A DNA stretch of 14,620 nt from the NCBI GenBank assembly GCA_046582655.1, contig JAYGDX010000004.1, positions 1-14,620 on the forward strand, given 5' to 3'. Source of the stretch: Candidatus Poribacteria bacterium. Its GTDB lineage: Bacteria > Poribacteria > WGA-4E > UBA9662. Below are positions 7,796 through 14,620 of this stretch, one piece after another. A program made the position numbers and the translations under genes. Every line of letters starts with the position of its first letter. Position 1 is the first letter of the stretch. The notes beneath the pieces are model-generated. The model was not told where the DNA came from, made no database searches, and saw nothing but the letters and a program-made list of their open reading frames with translations.

Positions 7796-8055
7796 AGACC
7801 AGTTGGCATCTGCTAAAAAACAGTGGGAATTCCGAATGTTGCCAGCAAACCAATGGTGATGGTTTGAGCGAGCAAGATCAATAGAGATCTATATTGAAGT
7901 GTATCTGATGATTGGTTCAATGAAGATACCAAGAAGTAGCAGGCCAACCTCGCATTTTTCTCTCGATCTATATCGTTTAAACTAGACTTTTTCATGAGAT
8001 CCAGCTTGACCAGTCATAATCGAATTACTGCAAACACTCATAAAAGGAGTTGTCA

Positions 8056-10050
8056 ATGAAAGTTCATGTAATCGACTTATCGCCTGACGCAACCGAGCAG
8101 GACTTGCAAGAGGCTTGTTCAAAAACAATCCAGTTGTGTTACAAAGACGATACTGATTTTAATAAAAACACTTACGATCTGAATATTGATGTCGATACCA
8201 GTTCAAATCATGTTCATCTTGTCAAAGGTGTTACCTATACCGATGAAATGGGGAATTGCACCAACCGAGATATCGAAACAATAACCCAAACGCAATGGAT
8301 TCGAAAAGAATTTTGGATCGATCAGCCGGCAGCTGATAATGCTGAATTGCTGGTGTACATCAAAAACAAGCCGAATGCCGGCAATCGGCTGCGTATCACG
8401 GTTAATGATCAGAAGACCGTAATATTTGAAGAAGTTGAAGTACGAGAATATTGGAATGACTGTTGGACCTCTATTCCGATCCCTGTTGATATCTTACATG
8501 CAGGTTTAAATACTTTTATTTTGCAAGCCGAAGGAGACGAAAGTTGGGAAGTTCTGATTGAACAGTCCCGTTTGCCAAACCACAGTGCGAAGAGTCGTGA
8601 CGCGGGACGTAATTGGGATGATGAACATCTTGGGGTTAACGATGCCTGCGACGGAGAATATATGATTCGATTGAAGATGGACCAGTATCCACCACGAGGC
8701 ACAATGCAGTCGGGTGTTATTGATATCGGCCAACTTGCAGCACTAGATGGAATTGCCGTTCCATGCAGTTTGAATCAACTCGAATTCAACTTAGGAACAG
8801 AAACTATACCAAACACGAAAGTCGACTTCGAATATCGGCTCGGTTCAACATCCGAGTACGGTTTGGAAACGTGGACGGATTGGACACCCACTACCGATTC
8901 AACACCCAATCGGTTTCTCTATTTGCAATGGAAAATGGTCCTGTCTACCGATGATCCTTTGATTACACCTTACGTGAAGGAACTGGAAATTGGAGTGGAT
9001 GTACATATTCCCGAACAAATGGATCAACCTAAGCTTGAAATTATTCAACAACGAATGCCAGAACAGGTTCGGAGTTCACACCATTTCTCATATTTGTCAT
9101 CAGACGCGAAACGCGCACAGATTTTTCGTGAAAGGTGGAAGCTAGACGATGTTATTGCAGGAGCGACTTCAGAATTCGACCAGTTCGTACGTTTGAGTGA
9201 ATGGGCAAGACATCAGTGGGAAAACGGTTGGGACATGGGCGCAATCGACTTTTGCCCGCCGTGGGATGGACTATTGATTCTTGAACTTGCGTCTCGGCAA
9301 CTGGGCTTGGGCATGTGTACACACTACTCTACTGTATTCGTTCACGCCTGTGCCTCTCTGGGACTAATTGCCCGTACCTTAGTCATTCGGTGTCATTGTG
9401 TAGCAGAAGTATGGTCAGAAGAACACGACAAATGGATCATGATTGATACGGGAGGAGACTCCAATGATCAAACTAAAGCAACGTACTATTACGTTAAAAA
9501 CGGTGTACCTATGAGCACTCTGGAGATCCATAATGCTTGGATCAATCAAGATTTCGACGGTGTAGGAATTCAACCTGAACATGCCGCTAAGCGGTTTGAA
9601 AACGATATCACCAGTCGAGCACAGTTATTCGAGCGGTTCTGTATTCATCTGCGTAACGACGAGTTGCGTACTCTTAGTCCAGGTGAACCAGAACATGGTT
9701 TAGGTTCATATCATTATGATGGCTACCTGTGGTGGAAAGATGCTCAAACACCACCACATCCATGGTTTTCGAAACACTCTAGCAGGGAAGGCGATTTCTA
9801 TTGGACACCAAATCATGTGGAAATCCGTTTAAGCAGATCGAACCATCCTGAAATACTCGATGTTGACTTGAGTACGCAAATGCCTAATATTGGAGATTAC
9901 CTGGCAAAAATGGGTGATAATGACTGGATTTCCGTTCCGAATCGGTTCAGTTGGAAATTACGTCGAGGAGAAAATCAATTGCGGGTTAAGGCGACGAACA
10001 AGTTCGGCTGGGAGAGCAAAGAAAATCACCTGATAACTAAAAGCTATTAA
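8056..10050 (+). CDS. Transglutaminase-like (Cys-His-Asp) domain protein with N-terminal beta-rich domains
   Basis: GMCTHYS (Cys codon 9316-9318) and HCVAEVWSEEHDKWIMID (His 9394-9396, Asp 9445-9447) match the transglutaminase-core pattern. One Asp-box-like SRDAGRNW. SD AAAAGGAG lies 6 nt before ATG 8056. Confidence 0.82.
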   Translation: MKVHVIDLSPDATEQDLQEACSKTIQLCYKDDTDFNKNTYDLNIDVDTSSNHVHLVKGVTYTDEMGNCTNRDIETITQTQWIRKEFWIDQPAADNAELLVYIKNKPNAGNRLRITVNDQKTVIFEEVEVREYWNDCWTSIPIPVDILHAGLNTFILQAEGDESWEVLIEQSRLPNHSAKSRDAGRNWDDEHLGVNDACDGEYMIRLKMDQYPPRGTMQSGVIDIGQLAALDGIAVPCSLNQLEFNLGTETIPNTKVDFEYRLGSTSEYGLETWTDWTPTTDSTPNRFLYLQWKMVLSTDDPLITPYVKELEIGVDVHIPEQMDQPKLEIIQQRMPEQVRSSHHFSYLSSDAKRAQIFRERWKLDDVIAGATSEFDQFVRLSEWARHQWENGWDMGAIDFCPPWDGLLILELASRQLGLGMCTHYSTVFVHACASLGLIARTLVIRCHCVAEVWSEEHDKWIMIDTGGDSNDQTKATYYYVKNGVPMSTLEIHNAWINQDFDGVGIQPEHAAKRFENDITSRAQLFERFCIHLRNDELRTLSPGEPEHGLGSYHYDGYLWWKDAQTPPHPWFSKHSSREGDFYWTPNHVEIRLSRSNHPEILDVDLSTQMPNIGDYLAKMGDNDWISVPNRFSWKLRRGENQLRVKATNKFGWESKENHLITKSY

Positions 10051-10215
10051 TATCCAATTTTTGAAAACTGGTTACTAAACAGACACTAATTAGGGGACGA
10101 GAAAGCAGATTCAGGCACGAAACACGCACCATAAACCCAAAACTTAATGGCTGGATGCATGAAAGAAAAAAACTTAATCCAAGCAGACTTTGAGACTTTG
10201 GCAGAATCAAACCAA

Positions 10216-10560
10216 TTAAGCATACGAATCAACAAGCAAGCCGCCAAGCCGCCCACCACCATTATCGCCCTCTGTGTTACTAGCCACATTCTGCTGGGTT
10301 CCAGCAACTATTTGACCTGACGAGCCTGCTGGAGAGTGGACGGTGTTTGCCGAAGTAGTGGCAGCGGTTGCAGAGCCTGTATATCCTTGATCCCCAACTG
10401 CGCCAGTATTGGTTCCTGTGTCTGCGGTTGACGTCGCTCTACTATATCCTGATGTTGTCCCACCAGTATTACTTGACGCGGCGTCTGTAGAGGTAACCAT
10501 GTGATGAGATCCTGACAATCCACCAACCGCGTTGGTTACTCCACCCATCTCTAATGCCAT
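10216..10560 (-). CDS. Small Gly/Ser/Thr/Ala-rich low-complexity protein of unknown function
   Basis: 114 aa, SD AGGGGAG 5 nt upstream of the ATG. More GC-rich than the flanking AT-rich spacers; coherent compositional bias; ends GGLLVDSYA. Confidence 0.75.
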   Translation of the reverse strand: MALEMGGVTNAVGGLSGSHHMVTSTDAASSNTGGTTSGYSRATSTADTGTNTGAVGDQGYTGSATAATTSANTVHSPAGSSGQIVAGTQQNVASNTEGDNGGGRLGGLLVDSYA

Positions 10561-10659
10561 GTCATCTCCCCTAAATGCAAAATACGATTCTAATCATAAC
10601 ATAAACCCAAATCCTTAGCAACTAAAATTTAGCCAAACAGCGAAAAAACTTTAGAAACC

Positions 10660-10690
10660 ATATTGAAATTTTAAATTAAACTTTCAATAT
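10660..10690. promoter_or_regulatory. 31-bp near-perfect palindrome, candidate operator
   Basis: ATATTGAAATTTTAAATTAAACTTTCAATAT: 14 of 15 arm positions are complementary about centre 10675; about 100 bp upstream of the 114-aa gene. Confidence 0.45.
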
Positions 10691-10853
10691 TAAGGTAATC
10701 CCAGATGGAGGGGCTCCGGTTTATTCAATCATACAAAACTTCTCAATCAATTGGGTTCGATAAAAGTAAGTTTCATAATCCAACGACGTTGTCATCTTCC
10801 AGCATGTACCATTAAGATTGTATCTGGGCACTAATCCAAAATGGAAATTATCA

Positions 10854-11621
10854 TTATACTTCCATCGCTGGATTAATTCCTCGTACCATCATGCCTTGTC
10901 CAGGTGAAATATGAACATCTTTGAGTGGCTTATCGGTAGGTGATCGGAACTGAAACAGCACCAATCTCCTTGGTGAATTCGTTCGATTTGGATAAGATCC
11001 ATGAGGTGTCAAATAACTAAATAAAACGACATCACCAGCTTTACCTCTACAAGGCGTAGCCTCTTCAATAGTATATTCTTCTGGTGACAGATAATGACTA
11101 CCATCGTGTTGGTGAGTTAAGGGACCTTGTGCATGAACTCCTGGCATGACACAAAGACATCCGTTCTCTTCCGTCACATCCTCGAGGTAAATCACCGCAG
11201 CAATCATAGTATCCTTTTCGTGTGGGAAATAGTCATAATCTTGATGTAATGGAAATGGAGATCCTTTTTCAGGAGGCTTAACATGAAGTTTGGTATGATG
11301 CAATTGAACATTGGGACCGATTAAATCAGCAACAACTTCTGTCAGTTTGGGATTAACCAACATTCGAGTAAAAACTGAAGAATAGTATTGCATATTGTGA
11401 ATACTGAGAACAGATGTCCTACCACGTTCGTCTTTTGCCATCTGGGTATCTTGCCACTTGCCACCCCATGTTGCTTCAAGGCTTCTTCCGCTTTTCTCTG
11501 CCCGACTGAACATCTCATCTGTTTCACTCACACATTCTTCCACCTCCTCGGGCTGAAAGATCTGTGAAACGATTAAGTAGCCGTTATCTTTGTAAAATTG
11601 AATTTGTTTATTGGTAAGCAT
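10854..11621 (-). CDS. Phytanoyl-CoA dioxygenase (PhyH) family Fe(II)/2-oxoglutarate dioxygenase
   Basis: LTNKQIQFYKDNGYL start, HxD (LHQDY), ENGCLCVMPGVH, AGDVVLF, distal His (PHGS) and NRTNSPRR (2OG-binding Arg). SD GAGGA. Confidence 0.93.
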   Translation of the reverse strand: MLTNKQIQFYKDNGYLIVSQIFQPEEVEECVSETDEMFSRAEKSGRSLEATWGGKWQDTQMAKDERGRTSVLSIHNMQYYSSVFTRMLVNPKLTEVVADLIGPNVQLHHTKLHVKPPEKGSPFPLHQDYDYFPHEKDTMIAAVIYLEDVTEENGCLCVMPGVHAQGPLTHQHDGSHYLSPEEYTIEEATPCRGKAGDVVLFSYLTPHGSYPNRTNSPRRLVLFQFRSPTDKPLKDVHISPGQGMMVRGINPAMEV

Positions 11622-11634
11622 GCTGTCCTCATAA

Positions 11635-11652
11635 TTATTTAATATTAAATAA
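11635..11652. promoter_or_regulatory. Perfect 18-bp AT-only palindrome upstream of the PhyH gene
   Basis: TTATTTAATATTAAATAA equals its own reverse complement and lies 13 nt upstream of the start codon. Confidence 0.35.
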
Positions 11653-11856
11653 ACTAAATCTTAATAATGAATGCCTGGGTTTTGTTTTCACTATCTGGCT
11701 TTTCAGGCAAAATCAGCAACATAAGAAGTGTAAAATAAATTCTGCTGAATCACAACACATATGTCTCACCATCATCCAAATGAAAACATGAACGAACTCT
11801 ACCCTATCATGATATTGTGATTAGGTCTATAGTTCCAAGTTAAGGCAGAATAAAGA

Positions 11857-13109
11857 TTAGGCTTTTGGAGATCGGGGCAATACGCGATCTTGGGGAATCA
11901 AGGGTTGACATCCGTTTGCTGTGATAAGAAAGGATTGCTCAATGTGTAAGGCCCCATTTCTAACCTGAAAATAGATGCTTCCAAGTTAACAACCATATTT
12001 GTTTCCGATGGTAGATCAGATGGAATCTCTACGCAATCGTCACGAATATAGAGATCATTTTTGGGGACAATAATCGGATAGTCGCGAATTTTCAGTCCCA
12101 ATCCATGACCATGTGGTAACGAGGCCTGCACATTTTGTTGATCAAGAACTTGTGCCATAGCAGTTTGTATCTCTGATGACTTGACACCAGGCGCAATTGT
12201 ATCTACACCTGCTTGAATACAAGCGTGGAGTGTTTTATACTTGTCAAGTTGTTTGCCTGATAACGAACGCATTGCCAGAGTAAAACCGTTATCTGAAACA
12301 TAGTTGCGATAAGTACAACCAAAGTCAACAAAGAGAAAATCCTCGTCAGTCAATAAGTAATCTGGTTCGGTAGCAATTCCTAAACCGTGCAAACTATATG
12401 CAAAGTGTTCAAAATCAGCACCCTGTTTCGCTATTCTGGAGCGGTAGGACTGAACAACATCCGAAATCGGTTGACCGGCGCAGGCCGAATTAACGCTCTT
12501 ATTAGCTGCCTTTTCACCGATCTCGGTAGCCCTTGCTAAATGATTTATTTCCTCTTCGGTTTTAACCCTGCGGATCAGGCGGATCAAATTTGAGTAATCT
12601 TTAATTGATGCTCGAGGTAAGGCTTGATCTACTGATGCTTTCAGATCAGGGTGGATTCTATCCATTTCCAACCCGATTCGGCTGTCAGCTAATCCTCTTG
12701 ACTTAAGCAAACTTAAAAGTGCTTTTACTGGTTGTGTGTAATATTTTGCCTTGTCCAGAGAGTCAAAAAAAACTCGTTCGGAATCAGGTTGAATATTTGA
12801 TGCAGGCAGGTCACTTGAGGAGATATTTCCCACAAGATATAAATCGTCAATCCAAGAATCGATGGTATTAACTGAAAACAGGGCATCAATGACCAGTGTA
12901 GGAGCACCTTCAACTGGAAAGACCACAAATGTTGTTGTTGGCATTAAATAGTCAGACGCCCCCGGCATCATCATATATTGCTTAAATTTTGAGTCCAGCC
13001 AACAAGCACTACCTGAAAAGTAGGTAATAATAGTTGAAGAAGTTGCAACCAAAACGTCTAGGTTGCAGCGAGACATATAATCTATAGCACGTTCTCTATT
13101 AAAAGTCAT
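11857..13109 (-). pseudogene. M24 family Xaa-Pro peptidase/creatinase-like hydrolase with a frameshift near the C-terminus
   Basis: Creatinase-type N-domain, then VKTEEEI, FVDFG...YVSD, HGHGLG and NLE. The annotated frame ends at 11898 in a non-homologous tail. Adding one base near 11952-11955 gives GALHIEQSFLITANGCQPLIPQDRVLPRSPKA* (stop 11857-11859), matching the M24 GxRIExxxLxT..G motif. SD AGGAG. Could be a sequencing error. Confidence 0.75.
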
Positions 13110-13179
13110 ACGAGACTCCTCTCATTTACCTTTCCAAGTGTGGGGAGTAGGAGTAATGAAAACTTCACCGGTCAATTCG

Positions 13180-14094
13180 CTACCCGTACACCTGCATTGC
13201 GTTTCCACCCAGTACCATTGCTTGTTCCTCTTGATTTAGGAAGTCAGTATGCTGTCTGGCCAATCTCACCAATTGTAGATACATCAGATGAGAGAAAAGT
13301 CCTAGTATGTCAGTTCCCCACATGACTTTATTTGGACCAATTCGCTCAATAACTATGCGTATATATCTAGCGGCACTTGGATACGGATATCCTTCATCGC
13401 TCAAGTAAGCAGGTAAAGCTGCGTTGTCAAGCCAAACATTGGTTAATTTGCCTAAATCTATCTGTTCCAACCACATCTCCTATAGGAATGCATCGGCTTC
13501 AACCATTGGGTTAGGTTGTCCCAAATGAGCAACAACAATTCGTAAATTGGGATGCTTTTTAGAAATAGTACGCACAGCATCCGTCTGGTACGAACGGCTG
13601 GCAACTGCACCCAAATCAAGTACCAGAACTAATTCTCTCCGTTCAAGTTCGGTCCATAGCCACGAATTTCCGAATTATTCAACTTGCCTCCTGGATGAAT
13701 CCCGCAAAATCCGGTTGCTTCTGAGCACTCCATCTTCACAGCCCGAAAAAGGGGGATATCCGCGATCTTCTCAAATGCGTCGGGCAACCCCGGTGACCAT
13801 GGATCAAGGTAAGCCTCACAAATCAGCCGATCAGGATATTGACCAGCAGCATCAAGGGCGTATTGATTGCATTCGCCGTAGAAGGGCCCTTGAAGCAAAA
13901 CCGTCTTATCAACTTCACCCCAATCCTGCTATTAACATCTCCGACGCAAATTTAGTTTCTTCATTTAACGCTGGCATCAATTGAACCTGTTGATCTCCAA
14001 CCCAAATACGGCCGTAACCAGCACCACGCGTTGGTCCATCGGTATTTATCCCCTGAACATGAGGAAAAATGTGCGCGTGGGCGTCAATAATCAT
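13180..14094 (-). pseudogene. Amidohydrolase_2 family metal-dependent hydrolase, disrupted
   Basis: SD GGAGG plus ATG 14094 gives MIIDAHAHIF (HxH), stopping at TGA 13917-13915. A frameshift near 13926 leads to DWGEVDKTVLLQGPFYGECN. A frameshift near 13663 leads to WLWTELERRELVLVLDLG...HPNLRIVVAHLG. An in-frame TAG at 13482-13480 precedes VWLDNAAL...KVMWGTD...LGGNAMQVYG*. Confidence 0.9.
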
Positions 14095-14378
14095 TTGGTA
14101 GAACCTCCAAATCCCAATATTCCATTCGAACCAATAGATGATTTGATCAAAATTAAATCCACTATCATACTACCAGACAAAAGTATGATAATTAAGCAGG
14201 TTTCACATCCAAGTGTAATATTAAACTTAGATTCACATAATAAAGGCAAAGGCCTGAGCACGGCATAGCCAGAGCTCAGTATGTCCAGGACTCTGGATTA
14301 TTCCCCCAATGAAGGAGACAATAGAGCCAGCTGCCGATATGCAGCATCTCTATGAACGACGACATTGGGAGAGGATAC

Positions 14379-14620
14379 ATGGCACATCAGCAGCTGACTG
14401 ATAGGGAAAGATACCAGATTGAGACGTTGAAGGCAGAAGGGTACAGACAAACAGAGATTGCCCGATCGCGGAGAAGATCACCCAGCACCATCTGTAGAGA
14501 GTTGGCAGGCAATAGCCATGCAAAGGGCTAGCGGGGAAGTTTAGCCATCAAGAGGAGCGACAGCAGAAGGGTGAGAAGCTGGATGGTGCTCTGCGCAGCA
14601 TGAGCAGATCTCTGGGAGAA
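14379..14620 (+). mobile_element. Degenerate IS30-family transposase, 5' fragment running off the window end
   Basis: MAHQQLTDRERYQIETLKAEGYRQTEIARSRRRSPSTICRELAGN matches the IS30 N-terminal HTH (LTxxERYQI...IAxxLxRSPSTIxREL.RN). TAG at 14529-14531 occupies the usual GY Tyr position. EKL (14573-14581) and EQISGR (14602-14619, cf. WSPEQIxGR) follow in two other frames. SD GAGG/GGAG upstream. Confidence 0.85.

Noticed and set aside
7813..7995. 60-aa minus-strand ORF with a hydrophobic C-terminus
   Set aside because: No convincing SD and no recognisable family; cannot be supported as a gene, though not excluded.
10086..10526. ORFs 10086-10307 and 10308-10526
   Set aside because: Alternative frames of the 114-aa gene, which has the SD and the coherent composition.
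10519..10560. Double-glycine bacteriocin leader in the 114-aa protein (..NAVGG)
   Set aside because: Lacks the ELxxIxGG pattern, GG pairs are common throughout this Gly-rich protein, and no C39 peptidase transporter is in the window.
10700..10828. 7-bp inverted repeat CCCAGAT/ATCTGGG as MITE ends or a riboswitch P1 stem
   Set aside because: Too short to exceed chance; no target duplication or recognisable aptamer core.
13180..13898. Treating 13180-13476 and 13629-13898 as two separate small genes, or invoking programmed recoding/stop readthrough
   Set aside because: They are collinear fragments of one amidohydrolase. Three different lesion types and no slippery heptamer argue for decay, and other genes here use TAG as a normal stop.
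14208..14240. Possible IS30 terminal inverted repeat
   Set aside because: Only vague resemblance; the partner end is outside the window, so it cannot be verified.
13547..14268. + strand ORFs 13547-13984 and 13981-14268
   Set aside because: Antisense to the amidohydrolase pseudogene; no motifs.
1..14620. CRISPR array, tRNA, rRNA, retron/RT or phage-defence genes
   Set aside because: No regularly spaced repeats, cloverleaf-like segments, or RT/nuclease motifs were seen by eye; a covariance-model scan would be needed to exclude small ncRNAs.

Overview
Bacterial genomic window dense in catabolic-enzyme genes. The mix (several Gfo/Idh/MocA oxidoreductases, enolase-superfamily dehydratase, DHDPS-like enzyme, PhyH dioxygenase, amidohydrolase) resembles Candidatus Poribacteria or Planctomycetes-type heterotrophs; this taxonomy is inference only. 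Left to right: (1) an RsbW-like anti-sigma kinase plus STAS anti-anti-sigma pair; (2) a probable sugar/sugar-acid catabolic cluster made of a Zn-dependent MDR dehydrogenase lacking the structural-zinc loop, two Gfo/Idh/MocA enzymes flanking a stand-alone Gfo C-terminal-domain protein, a mandelate-racemase-like enzyme and a divergent DHDPS/KdgD-like lyase; (3) a 664-aa transglutaminase-like Cys-His-Asp protein convergent with a 114-aa Gly/Ser/Thr/Ala-rich small protein; (4) a PhyH dioxygenase; (5) a decaying operon (amidohydrolase with three lesions, M24 peptidase with a C-terminal frameshift) next to a degenerate IS30-family transposase. No rRNA, tRNA or CRISPR array was seen. I cannot demonstrate a new system from sequence alone. 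The best leads are the Rossmann-less Gfo partner within the catabolic cluster, and the small low-complexity protein with its flanking repeats and transglutaminase neighbour.
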